NCBI GenBank assembly: GCA_002269645.1
Contig: NIVC01000884.1
Coordinates: 1-64,000, forward strand
Direction: 5' to 3'
Length of the DNA: 64,000 nt
Source of the DNA: Macrostomum lignano
Taxonomy: Eukaryota
The first letter of the stretch is position 1. Every line of letters begins with the position of its first letter. The notes below the pieces were generated by a model that saw nothing but the letters and a program-made list of their open reading frames with translations, was not told where the DNA came from and ran no database searches. Shown here in pieces: positions 1 to 22,111 of the stretch. The translations under genes and the position numbers were made by a program.

Positions 1-9463
<9,463 letters not shown>

Positions 9464-9856
9464 GAGCCGCTTAGCCTACTTCTCCATGCACCCCAGTCCC
9501 CGCAGCCGCAGCCAAGTAAACTGTGGGCGACCCTCAATTGAATAAAAGAACGCCCCACTTTTCCGGCGCTTGAAAAGTCGCTGCTCTGCGGCACGCCCGC
9601 CAATCCCCCCCCCAATCCAGCCAAGGGAGCTGCATCCCAGTCAGTCCCCTGCTTCCTTTTCTGGGCCTCCGCCACAAAATTTTCCCGGATGAGGCAAAAG
9701 AAGAGTGGAAAGAGTTAATCACGAAAATTGCCGATGGGAGGAGAAAAGTGCCCGAGATCCGTGCGCTGAGAGGCAGCCAGTCAGACAGCTCAGCCTGAGC
9801 TCTCGCTTGCGCCCTTGTCGGCTGCTCTCCCGAATTCAAGATTCAAAAATGTATGC

Positions 9857-12800
9857 CCTGACACCCGAATCTATAGTTCCTGACACCCTAATCTATAGTT
9901 CCTGACAGCCGAATCTATAGTTTCTGACACCCTAAATCTATATTTCCTGATAGCCGAATCTGTAATTCCTGACACCCGAATCTATAGTTCCTGACACTCG
10001 AATCTATAGTTCCTGACACTCGAATCTATATTTCCTGACAGCCGAATTTATATTTCCTGACAGCCGAATCTATAGTTCCTGACACCTATAATCTATAGTT
10101 CCTGACACCCGAATCTATACTGACACTCGAATCTATAGTTCCTGACACCCGAATCTATAGTTCCTGACACCCGAATCTATAGTTCCTGACACCCGAATCT
10201 ATAGTTCCTGACACCCGAATCTATAGTTCCTGAAACCCGAATCTATAGTTCCTGACACCTGGAATCTATAGTTCCTGACACCTGGAGTCTATAGTTCCTG
10301 ACAGCCGAATCTATAGTTCCTGACACCCAAATCTATTGTTCCTGACAACCGAATCTATAGTTCCTGACACCCGAATCTATAGTTCCTGACACCCGAATCT
10401 ATACTGACACTCGAATCTATAGTTCCTGACAGCCGAATCTATAGTTCCTGACAGCCGAATCTATAGTTCCTGACAACCGAATCTATAGATCCTGACAACC
10501 GAATCTATAGTTCCTGACACCTGGAGTCTATAGTTCCTGACATCCGAATCTATAGTTCCTGACACCCGAATCTATAGTTCCTGACAGCCGAATCTATAGT
10601 TCCTGACAACCGAATCTATAGTTCCTGACAACCGAATCTATAGTTCCTGACACCTGGAGTCTATAGTTCCTGACATCCGAATCTATAGTTCCTGACACCC
10701 GAATCTATAGTTCCTGACAGCCGAATCTATAGTTCCTGACACCCGAATCTATAGTTCCTGACACCCGAATCTATAATTCCTGACACCCGAATCTATAGTT
10801 CCTGACACCCGAATCTATACTGACACTCGAATCTAAAGTTCCTGACAGCCGAATCTATAGTTCCTGACACCCGAATCTATAGTTCCTGACACCCGAATCT
10901 ATAGTTCCTGTCACCCGAATCTATAGTTCCTGAAACCCGAATCTATAGTTCCTGACACCTGGAATCTATAGTTCCTGACACCCGAATATATATTTCCTGA
11001 CAGCTGAATCTATAGTTCCTGACACCCAAATCTATTGTTCCTGACAACCGAATCTATAGTTCCTGACACCCGAATCTATAGTTCCTGACACCCGAATCTA
11101 TACTGACACTCGAATCTATAGTTCCTGACAGCCGAATCTATAGTTCCTGACAGCCGAATCTATAGTTCCTGACAACCGAATCTATAGTTCCTGACAACCG
11201 AATCTATAGTTCCTGACACCTGGAGTCTATAGTTCCTGACATCCGAATCTATAGTTCCTGACACCCGAATCTATAGTTCCTGACACCCGAATCTATAGTT
11301 CCTGACACCCGAATCTATAGTTCCTGACACCCGAATCTATACTGACACTCGAATCTATAGTTCCTGACAGCCGAATCTATAGTTCCTGACACCCGAATCT
11401 ATAGTTCCTGACACCCGAATCTATAGTTCCTGACACCCGAATCTATAGTTCCTGACACCCGAATCTATAGTTCCTGACACCCGAATCTATAGTTCCTGAA
11501 ACCCGAATCTATAGTTCCTGACACCTGGAATCTATAGTTCCTGACACCTGGAGTCTATAGTTCCTGACAGCCGAATCTATAGTTCCTGACACCCGAATCT
11601 ATAGTTCCTGACGGGCAGGCGACCGAACTCCCGCGATGTCAGCAGTTCGTCTACCTCGGCGGTCTGGTTCCAGACGCTCGCGAGGACCTGCGACGCCGCC
11701 GCGGGCTTGCCTGGGCTGCCTTTCCTTCTGTGAGGGCAGTCCTGCAGTCCGAGGCCCTACCGGACCGCCAGAGGGCGGCGCTGTTCCAGGCGGTAATCGA
11801 GACCGTCCTGCTGTACAACGCCGAGACCTGGACGCTGACGGACTCACTCGAACAGCAAGTCGATGCGGCGCACGCTGGTCTGCTGCGCGCCGCCTTCAAC
11901 ATCGGCGTCGAGCGAGTCACCAACGCGGCACTCTATCGCCGCGCTGGCCTGCCACGTCCAAGTGATCTACTGCGCCGTCGGCGACTCCAGCTCGCAGGCC
12001 ATCTCATCCGCGCCGAGTCGTACTGCCCACAGCCGGTGCAGGAGGTGCTGCTGCTCACGCTGCAGGCACCCTACCGGCGAGGTCAAGCGCGAACTCGGCG
12101 TTATGTCGACTGTCTGCTGGCTGACGCCGGCGCCCCGGACACTGCCGGTGGCGCGGCCTTTGTTCGCGCCCAAGCCATGAAGCGCGCCCTGTGACGCTGA
12201 CTTTTACCATCATGACAGCGTATTTTGTTGTTGTTGTTGTTGACACCCAAATCTATTGTTCCTGACAACCGAATCTATAGTTCCTGACACCCGAATCTAT
12301 AGTTCCTGACACCCGAATCTATACTGACACTCGAATCTATAGTTCCTGACAGCCGAATCTATAGTTCCTGACAGCCGAATCTATAGTTCCTGACAACCGA
12401 ATCTATAGTTCCTGACAACCGAATCTATAGTTCCTGACACCTGGAGTCTATAGTTCCTGACATCCGAATCTATAGTTCCTGACACCCGAATCTATAGTTC
12501 CTGACACCCGAATCTATAGTTCCTGACACCCGAATCTATAGTTCCTGACACCCGAATCTATACTGACACTCGAATCTATAGTTCCTGACAGCCGAATCTA
12601 TAGTTCCTGACACCCGAATCTATAGTTCCTGACACCCGAATCTATAATTCCTGACACCCGAATCTATAGTTCCTGACACCCGAATCTATACTGACACTCG
12701 AATCTAAAGTTCCTGACAGCCGAATCTATAGTTCCTGACACCCGAATCTATAGTTCCTGACACCCGAATCTATAGTTCCTGTCACCTGGAATCTATAGTT

Positions 12801-12997
12801 CTTGACATCCGAATCTATAGTTCCTGACACCCAAATCTATAGTTCCTGACACCCGAATCTATAGTTCCTGACACCCGAATCTATAGTTCCTGACACCTGG
12901 AATCTATAGTTCCTGACATCCGAATCTATAGTTCCTGACACCCGAATATATATTTCCTGACAGCTGAATCTATAGTTCCTGACACTCAAATCTGACA
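9857..12997. repeat. 22-bp minisatellite (gttcctgacacccgaatctata) with higher-order structure, interrupted by a LINE fragment
   Basis: 22-bp period read directly (cctgac at 10141 and 10163). The diagnostic short variant 'tatactgacactcga' recurs at ~10118, 10401, 10817, 11100, 11340, 12320, 12560. Confidence 0.97.
11608..12242 (+). mobile_element. 5'-truncated non-LTR retrotransposon (RTE-like), 3' end of RT ORF plus (TTG)6 tail
   Basis: ORF 11730-12194 (LLYNAETWTLT...LRRRRLQLAGHLIR) resembles the RT C-terminal region. Near-identical to 30617-31243. Ends in (TTG)6. Confidence 0.9.
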
Positions 12998-13779
12998 GCA
13001 TACGACGCACAAGTCCTATGCAGAATTGCACCTGATCACTGATCCATCCAATGTACCATATATGGATATTTAGAAATCGCCTTCAGACTGATATTTTTTG
13101 CAACCAAAGCAGCCTGCAATTATTGCCGCAGCTGCAATTATACAGACAAGCCCCCATACTGAGCAGCTGATGCCCCAGCGAAATGCTGCGTTTGTATAAA
13201 AAATTGCTCAGACTCATCAAATACTGTTTACAATTTTGTCAAAACAGCTGCGCCCGAGGATTGAGCCCCCCCGGCTGCGTGATTGTCAAAGTAATAATTA
13301 TAATTATTCAGGTGAGATAATTGGATCTCCTGGAGCCGCTCCTTTGATTCAGCCGAACTGGCTTTGTGTTTGAGTTCTGCCTGGTCTTGATTCGCACCTG
13401 CAACTGCCCGTGTGGCTCAATTAGCAAGCAATTCATTTGTAGATTGTTTAGTATTTAGTATAGTCATTGCTCAACTCAGTCTTATACTAAGAAAGTGCTT
13501 TGTTTATGTACTTTGCCCTAAGCCTGGATGTTTTTATTCCTTAATACTTTTGTAGCCATTATTTGACACTGCAAAGATATCGGTTTGGATCGGCAATAAA
13601 TGTTGGAAAGAAGTCACGTGATGAAATTTGTACATAGGGTGAATGTACATTGGGGAGCAGCTGTGGAATATATTATATGCTATTGTGCCTGGGAGAGAGT
13701 AGCTCGTATATGTACAATAAATAGGCGTTAACCCCCTCCCTAACTTGAGACTGTAGATGTCAAGGCTTAGAGGTCAGAG

Positions 13780-13853
13780 GCTACATGTAGTTTATAAAAA
13801 AATTCCATTTCATTCTGCGTTGGCTGTCCCGAAGGGGGGCACTAGATTGCTAG
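13780..13853 (+). mobile_element. Putative Helitron 3' terminus (GC hairpin, then CTAG followed by T)
   Basis: tgtccc-gaa-ggggggca hairpin ~10 nt upstream of CTAG|T (13850-13853). A homologous end lies at 28490-28544. Confidence 0.4.
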
Positions 13854-13942
13854 TCAATATACTAAAAATGGTTTGTCAGTATCTATATTATCAATTTCAG
13901 AAAAAAAGGCTCTGCCATAGTTTAACTGAACCAGCTAGCTAC

Positions 13943-14408
13943 CAGAAAAGACGTCCAGAGCGCGACACTCCGACGACAGGAACTGCTCGCACAGGGTGCT
14001 CTTGCCAACCCGTGGCGGCCCCAGCACCTGCAGTCGGTAGGCCTGACAGCGGTTGGACATTGGGGCCGCCGTGGCCGCGGCAGCAGCGGCCTCAGCTGAC
14101 GCTGATGCAGAAGTCGTACCAGCGGCAGCTGCAGGTTTTGACGCCGCCGCTGCCGCAGCAGCCACCGCCGCCGCCACCGCGGCAGGCGTCAACTCCAGGT
14201 CGCTGCTGGCTGCCGAGCTGTTCAAGCTGCAGCTGCTCCTTGCGCTGCGCACCAGCAGGTCGCCTTCGTTCACCAGGCCACGCCGCGTGCGCCGGAAGCT
14301 GCGCACGCGCTCCAACTGCGGCTGCTGCGGCTGTCTAAACGGAAACTCGGGATCAAAGTCCCGAACTCGCTCCCTGGCGCTGCCATAGCGAGGCCTTCGC
14401 CCTGACAT
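13943..14408 (-). CDS. 5' coding exon of an RGK (Rad/Gem/Rem)-family Ras-like GTPase; remaining exons not found in the window
   Basis: ATG at 14408. N-terminal RVRSF...RGLVNEGD motif typical of invertebrate RGK proteins, poly-Ala linker, then YRLQVLGPPRVGKSTLCEQFLSSE (P-loop GxxxxGKS). Candidate GT donor after 13943. Confidence 0.7.
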
Positions 14409-14778
14409 GATCGACGTTGTCAGCCGGCTGGCAAGCGATGCTCAAACTACTTCTTGAGCCGAGCTTTTGGGCTTGCCTTCATGCTTCATCATCGGATTCT
14501 CCGTGCTCAGTGGAACCTCACGATTGGCTGAGACAGCGACTGACCAACCAGCTGTTGGAGGCTGGCTCCATGTCTGATGGGCTAAAGTACATATTTTAGG
14601 TTGGAATAAACTGGATTCAATAAAAGAACGTTGAGCTCGTTGGGAGGCAGGGACCAAATTTCATTTTCCTAATTGCTGTTGGAAGTCAACTATCATCTAG
14701 ACCAAAGCTGTATCTATTTCGCTTGGGCGATCGGAAAAATATAAAAGTGACTTGTCTACTACGCAGTTGCTTAAATGG

Positions 14779-15270
14779 CTCCCTCCATGACTCCTCCATG
14801 ATTCCCTCCATCACTCTTTCCATGACTCCCTACATGACTCCCTACATCACTCCCTACATCACTCCCTACACCACTCCCTTCATCACTCCCTACATCACTC
14901 CCTACATGACACCATACATGACTCCCTACATGACTCCCTCCATGACTCCCTACATCACTCCCTACATGACTCCCCCATGACTCCCTCCATGACTCCCTAC
15001 ATGACTCCCTACATGACTCCCTCCATGACTCCCTACATGAAACCATACCTGATTCCCTATATGACTCCCTACATGACTCTCTACATAACTCCCTACATGA
15101 CTCCCTACATCACTCCCTACATAACTCCCTACATAACTCACTACATCACTCCCTACATCACTCCCTACATCACTCCCTACATCACACTCCCTACATCACT
15201 CCCTACATCACTCCCTACATCACTCCCTACATCACTCCCTACATGACTTCCTACATCACTCCCTCCATGG
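14779..15270. repeat. 12-bp minisatellite (catcactcccta / catgactcccta)
   Basis: Period 12; gives the TPYI/TPYM pseudo-ORFs. Confidence 0.95.
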
Positions 15271-16374
15271 CTGATACCTCGATATTTCCCTCCATGGCTC
15301 CCTTCAGAACTCCTTGCATAATTCCAAGGACTACTTAACAACAGTTGTTAAGTAGTCCTTGCATAATTCCCCTACAATGACTCTCAAAATAAATACTTCC
15401 CAAGCAAATTTTCCAATGATCCAAAATAGCAGACAGAAACTGCCACATTTTCGATATAAAATTACATTTACGAGAAATCTATTAAAATCGTGTGAATGAA
15501 AATAAAAGAACAAATAACTCATTAATATCCACTTTCACTCAGTAGTATAGTTTGCAAATTGTGGTTCAGCAAACCGGTTTGCAGTGGATTGGCTATGCTT
15601 GATGCAGTGCCTGAATATGAAAACTGGGCAGTACCCATGAGTGTCGAGTCTTGAGTCTTACAGTGAGGCTGCATTTGAAGAGGAACTGAAGCTGAGCTCG
15701 ATGCGACAATTTGAAAAGTGAGAACAGAACGAGCAACTCCTTGTCGAGAATCTCCGTACTTGGCTTTGCTTCATCTGATCTCATCTTCAGCTTCATCATC
15801 TTTTTCTGCAATCTATAGGTTTCTCTTCTATTACAGGGTTTTACTATCTAAAGACACTGAGCCGGTCCGTCCCTAGATCTTACAACGCGTACGCCCCCAA
15901 AGACAGCTGCAGTATTCCCACGCAAATAAAGCCAGTAGCTGCGCATCACGGTGAGAGCGAGGCAGAGCGGCCGAGAGGTGTCTAATGCTAATGCGTTGCT
16001 CGCTATAGATTGAGTCGTCAAGATAGGCTTCAGAAGGCGCGCTCTCCCTCGCTCAACTCATATTTATATTTTTGTACCTCTAGGGTTTGGGGTTAGGGCC
16101 CACAGAAAAATCTCAGCCGTCAATTGGTCGGCACGAGCGCGTACACAATATAACTATTCACACTAGACAGCTAGGCGGGCAGCTCAGCCAATCACCAGAA
16201 AGGGGGGGGTGGGGCGGCGCGCGTAAACTTCAGACAAAGCGGGGGGGAGAGGTGGGCGCAGCCAGCCAAAGTCGGCTGGCCCAAAAAGGCGGGGTGGGTG
16301 ACGCGAAAACAACTGACGGGGAAAAGTGCAGTGACGGGTGCACTGACTGCAAGCCCCAGATGACTAAGCAGTGC

Positions 16375-16600
16375 AGACAAACAGATAGACAGGCAAACAG
16401 AAAGACAGACAAACGGAAAGACAAACAGACAAACAGACAGACAGCCAGAAGTACAGTCAACCAGAAAGACAAACAAACAAATAGACAGACAAATAGAAAG
16501 ACAGACATACCAAAAGACAGACATACCAAAAGACAGACAAACAGATAGACAAACAGATAGACAGACAAACAGACAGACAAACAGACAGACAGACAGACCA
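16375..16600. repeat. Degenerate (GACA)n microsatellite
   Basis: Direct reading. Confidence 0.9.
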
Positions 16601-17014
16601 AGCACCCACCCATCAGGCATTGATCTGTGCATTTGTGGTTGATGGAGGCAAATCTAAGATCAGGAATGCTGCATTCTCTACGTGGCTGAAATCGTTCGCT
16701 ATCATCTGGGTGGGCAGCGTACACAAACGCCCGTTAGCGTTGCAGCGCAAACCAATAATAAAACTGCCCACACTTCATAATAAGCTTTACTGTTAGAAAA
16801 GCAGCTCTTGAAATAGTTGTACTCTCGAATAAATAAATTAAAAAAGTCGGTAACAGGCATCAGGCTACTACTTTAAGTAGAGAATCAGCTGCTCGTACGA
16901 CAGCAGTTATTCTGTAGCCAGGCCGAACTGCACCCAAATCTCATTTATTTCAATTGGACGGCGGCAGCGCTGCCAATGGCAGACAATTGCGACGCAAATA
17001 TCAAAAAAAGATAA

Positions 17015-20000
17015 ATGCCAGCGAAATGCGGCGCTCTCCGCATTCCACAGCACCGATACCGAGCCGAAATGGAAGCTCTTTGGAGAATCCTGACAGCGAT
17101 TGCAGCAGTTCTGATGCAGAACTTCGGCAGGCCCGCAGGCCAAAGCGAGGGCCTTGATGGCACTGAGCAGGAGATCCTGGAAGCCATTGTGTTCGAAGAT
17201 GAAACAAAAATTTCACGATACTTGCAGAAGGCCTCCAACGTTGATAAGCTCTTCAGCATCAATGAGAAAACATTCTCACCGCTTCACTTTGCTTGTGAAA
17301 TTGGAAAAGTCAAAATTGTAGAGATGTTCATTCAAGCCCAAGCTGACGTTAATCTTCAACAAATCCAAGGCGCTTCACCTCTATACATTGCATCACAGAA
17401 TGGTCACCACCAAGTTGTGACCACACTCATCAATGCACAAGCTGACGTCAATCTTCAACTAAAAACTGGAGAGTCACCTCTCCACATTGCATCACAGAAT
17501 GGTCACCACCAAGTTGTGACCACACTCATCAAAGCACAAGCTGACATCGATCTTCAACGAAACAAGGGCTTTTCACCTCTCTACATTGCATCACAGAATG
17601 GTCACCAACAAGTTGTAAGCACACTCATCAAAGCACAAGCTGACGTCAATCTTCAATCAGTCGATGGCTGCTCACCTCTCTACAGTGCATCTAATAATGG
17701 TGTCGACCTAGTTGTGAGCGCACTCATCAAAGCACAAGCTGATCTCAATCTTCAAAGAAACACAGGCGAGTCACCTCTCTACGTGGCATCACAGCAAGGT
17801 CACCACCAAGTTGTGAGCTCACTCATCAAAGCACAAGCTGACGTCAATCTTCAACAAACCCAAGGCGCTTCACCTCTCTACATCGCATCACAGAATGGTC
17901 ACAACCAAGTTGTGAGCTCACTCATCAAAGCACAAGCTGACGTCAATCTTCAACAAATCCAAGGCGGTTCACCTCTCTACATCGCATCACAACAAGGTCA
18001 CCACCAAGTTGTACGCTCTCTCGTCAAAGCGCAAGCTGACGTCAATCTTCAAAAAGTCGATGGCTACTCACCTCTTCATATTGCATTACAGAATGGTCAC
18101 CACCAAGTTGTGAGCTCACTCATCAAAGCACAAGCTGACGTCAATCTTCAAGTAAACACTGGCGCGTCACCTCTCTATATTGCATCGCAGAATGGTCACC
18201 ACAATATTGTCAGCTCACTCATCAAAGCACAAGCTGACGTTAATCTTCAAGAAGTCGATGGCTACTCACCTCTTCATATTGCATCACAGAATGGTCACCA
18301 CCAAGTTGTGACCTCACTCATCAAAGTGCAAGCTGACGTCAATCTTCAAGAAGTCGATGGCTACTCACCTCTTCATATTGCATCACAGAATGGTCACCAC
18401 CAAGTTGTGACCTCACTCATCAAAGCACAAGCTGACGTTAATCTTCAACAAATCCAAGGAGGTTCACCTCTCCACATTGCATCACGGAAAGGTCACCACC
18501 AAGTTGTGACCTCACTCATCAAAGCACAAGCTGACGTCAATCTTCAAGAAGTCGATGGCCGCTCACCTCTCCATATTGCATCCTATTTTGGTCAACACCA
18601 AGTTGTAAGCATACTTATTAAAGCACAAGCCGACGTCCATCTTAATGAAAATACTAATGGCTCTTCACCTCTCTACGCTGCATCACAGAATAATTACCAC
18701 CAAGTTGTGACCACACTCATCAAAGCACAAGCTGACGTCAATCTTCAAGTAAACACTGGCGAGTCACCTCTCTACATTGCATCACAGAATGGCCACCACA
18801 GTATTGTGAGCTCACTCATCAAAGCACAAGCTGACGTCGATCTTCAACAAATCCAAGGCGGGTCACCTCTCTATATTGCTTCGCAGAGTGGTCACCACAA
18901 TATTGTCAGCTCACTCATCAAAGCACAAGCTGACGTTAATCTTCAAGAAGTCGATGGCTCTTCACCTCTCTACATTGCATCACAGAGAGGTCACCACCAA
19001 GTCGTCACCTCACTTATCAAAGCACAATCTGACGTCAATCTTCAACACAGCGATGGCTCTTCACCTCTCCACGTCGCATCACTGAATGGTCACGACCAAG
19101 TTGTGAGATTACTCATCAAAGCACAAGCTGACGTTAATCTTCAAGAAGTCGATGGTTGCTCACCTCTATACATTGCATCACAGAAGGGTCACCACCAAGT
19201 TGTGAGCTCACTCATCAAAGCACAAGCTGACGTTAATCTTCAAGCAGTCGATGGTTGCTCACCTCTATACATTGCATCACAGAATGGTCACCACCAAGTT
19301 GTGAGATCACTCATCAATGCACAAGCTGACGTCAATCTTCAACGAAACAATGGCAAGTCACCTCTCTACATTGCATCCCATTTTGGTCACCACCAAGTTG
19401 CGATTTCACTCATCAAAGCACAAGTTGACGGCAATTGTGAGCATATCGATAAGCAAGAATCGAGTAAATATTCATCTGCTTTGGAAGAACCACTCGAACA
19501 GGCAGAATTTGAGTAAGTTTTAAACGGATCATGGCGTTCTTAGTTATAGTAGTGGATTTGCTTTTTTAGTAAATAATTTAGTTTTATTGTTTTAAAATAG
19601 TTTTTAAATTACTTTTAACGTGTTTGATAATTGGCAAGAGGCAGATTTGAATGTTAGGAACAGCACGCAAAGAGTGGAAAGCGAGAGCTTGCAGAATGCT
19701 GAGTAAAGATGCTGATGTCATTGCTGATTTCAGCACGCCAGAAGAGAAGTATCCCATCTTTATACAAATACTGAGCATCGGCAGCCAATCAAGTTACTTT
19801 CCGTTTTACCTTGTCGAAGACCGCTCAGTCAGGGAAGCCTCTATGTTCGCTTCGCTCCATAATGGTCAGACGGTTCTTGGCTCAGACCAAGACCGTTCGA
19901 CCAATAAAGTTAACTCTTTAAGTAGTGCGCGTTTTCACCAACAACTCACATTTCAGATGCAGTCCCAGCGACCCAGAGCTGAGCGAGCAGCTGCACTCAG

Positions 20001-22111
20001 CACTGGAGCAGTCAGGCTTCACCGAATCCCGAGCCGCACTGCAGAGCGCGGCTGCCGATGTCCTGCAACAGATTCTGAGAAGTCGACTGAACCACGTTGA
20101 CTTTTTTGTCGTTGGCAGCTACTCAGAAGGCTGGGGCAACAGTCTGACGACACTGGACGGCAGAACTGACGCCAATTCCGACATTGATGTGATGCATTTG
20201 ATTCGCGGCCGAGAATACCACCAAAGAGGCCTGTGCGAGTGCGATGGAGCTCCGGAGCAGCACGAGTTGGTGAACGGGCACATTCAGTGCTCAGGATACG
20301 GTGAGTTCTCTCTTGCAGAGTGAGATGGTCTGTGAAGTCTGTTAGTTCCGTTGTGATTTCTAGAGATTCTGGCAGTGCACACCAATTGATTTTAGTGTGT
20401 AAATCATTGGTGCACAATATTTTGTCATCCTTTAGTCTTGCAACACACAAACGCATGGGCAGTTGGATGTATTGATCCTGTTGATTGAGTAGCTATCGCC
20501 ACAGAAAACAAATCTGTATTAGCAAACTGCATTTATTGTTTAGAGAATTAGATAACAATTTTAAACTTTTATTCTTTCCCAATCAGTACAAAGCATCACT
20601 GCACAGACTCAAAGCTGTATTTCGCCCAATCAGGAGCCCCTGCAATCGTTTTTACAGCCTCCAATCCTGCCAGTACAAAGCCCGGTTTCACACTGAGGCC
20701 AGCACTGGACGATGTCTTCGCAGGCCGTCTCTGCCGCTACCCGCCCATCGCGCTGCTGCTGCCAAACTGCGTCTCCAACATCTCCCATCCGGTGCTGGAG
20801 GCTCTCCGGAAGGTGCTCACCTCCGCCTCATCGCCCTGCCACGTGGTGCACGCAGCCTCTCCAGACAGAGAAGGCGAAGAGCTCCGCGTGAGCACTAGCT
20901 TCCTGGAGAAACGGATGCTGCGAAGTCTCACTACCCTGCAAGGTCAACTGTTCATCACACTCAAATACCTGGTCAAGAAGGTCATCTGTCACAAGAATGG
21001 CTTCAATCAGCAAGGCTTGAAGTCCTACCACGTGAAGACCATCACCTTCCGAATGGTGGACGAGACGCCGGTCGAGCAGTGGAAGAAGGAGAACCTCGTG
21101 AGTCTCACGAGACAGTCGCTGCAGATGCTGCTTGACTGTGTGGAGAAGAGCCGAGAGCAGGACAGACAAACACCTGACACACCTGACCGATCTCGGGGTC
21201 GCATCATGGATCATTTCTTTCTCAGCGATGCGGCCATCTACCTCAAGGGTGCGGACAAGGAGAGAGTGGACCAGCATTTGGACGGCATCATGAGCACACT
21301 GAGAACAGTAATCGATCGGCTGCCCCAACTGCTGCAGCAGTTCATCGGCAGTCTCAGACCTGTGAGCGACTCAGGCACATTTTACTTCCACCCGTTCCAA
21401 ATCCTGCCGGATCTGAGGCCGATGCCCTTCACGAAATCTAGTGCTCTCCAGTACTATCAGATCTACGACGTGGTGAGAGAGTGTCTGGTGCGTCTCTCGC
21501 ACAGTGACTGCAGCCCGCGATCTCAGGAGTCGCTCACAGAGCTGATTGCCAGACTGCCAGACTGCGCCCTCTCAGCACGGGAGGCTCTCAGAGCGCTGGC
21601 TTGCCTGAAGTTCGGCTACCGAGGAACTGCAGAGAGAGTCGTGAGCTTGTACTCAGGTCACTCGGTGAGCAGAGGCATCGCTTGGTCTCGTGAGAAGTCG
21701 GCGACTGAAGCGACTGAGAAGTTCGTGATGCGGCATCTGAGCAGTCGCGACTCGGCCTGGAAGTTCTGCTTTCAGTTCGACCAGCGACCGAAACTCGAAT
21801 TCTTGCCAGGAGCTCTGAGGGAGCGCTTTCCCTTCCGGTTGTCAGACGGTTATTACTATTTCTACATGAACTTCGACGCTCTGCTGTGGGCTCTGCGGCT
21901 CGAGCTGCGGACTGATCGAGTAGCGCGCGCTCAGGACTGGATCCGGGATGTGTCTGAGAGAGAGGACTCAGATGAGCAGGAGCTGCAGGTTGCCGCTTTT
22001 TATTGTTCGAATCTGGAGCAGCTTCGGGAAATATTAAAGAAGCTGAAGATGTTGGAAGCAGTTCTTCCTGATGGGCTGAAGAAGAGACTTCAGGAAAAAT
22101 GGCACTTTTAA
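17015..22111 (+). CDS. Ankyrin-repeat (22 repeats) plus Mab-21/cGAS-like nucleotidyltransferase (cGLR-type) fusion protein, 1431 aa, 3 exons
   Basis: Exons 17015-19512, 19957-20300, 20658-22111. The ankyrin ORF 'stop' lies inside a GA|GTAAGT donor. Acceptors tttcag (19956) and tttacag (20657). Phases 2 and 1 match, total 4296 nt = 1432 codons. NTase motifs: VVGSYSEG...SDIDVM, LDDVFAGRLCRYPP, LRVSTSFLEKRML, LKSYHVKT, IMDHFF. Start could alternatively be ATG 17069. Confidence 0.88.

Noticed and set aside
9464-9846. GC-rich segment with a coding-looking frame (FPDEAKEEWKELITKIADGRRKVPEI)
   Set aside because: No recognisable family or gene boundaries; cannot be supported.
9857-12997. CRISPR-like appearance of regular short repeats (also other arrays)
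   Set aside because: Units are head-to-tail with no unique spacers, no cas genes, and the context is eukaryotic.
16090-16360. CCAAT and GC-box-like motifs between the divergent RGK and ankyrin genes (similar GC-rich patch at 61900-62050)
   Set aside because: Short motifs occur by chance in GC-rich DNA; no TSS evidence.
19651-20100. 149-aa ORF between the ankyrin and NTase exons, including a QEADLNVRN ankyrin-like remnant near 19640
   Set aside because: No phase-compatible acceptor found; direct 19512-19957 splicing already preserves the frame.
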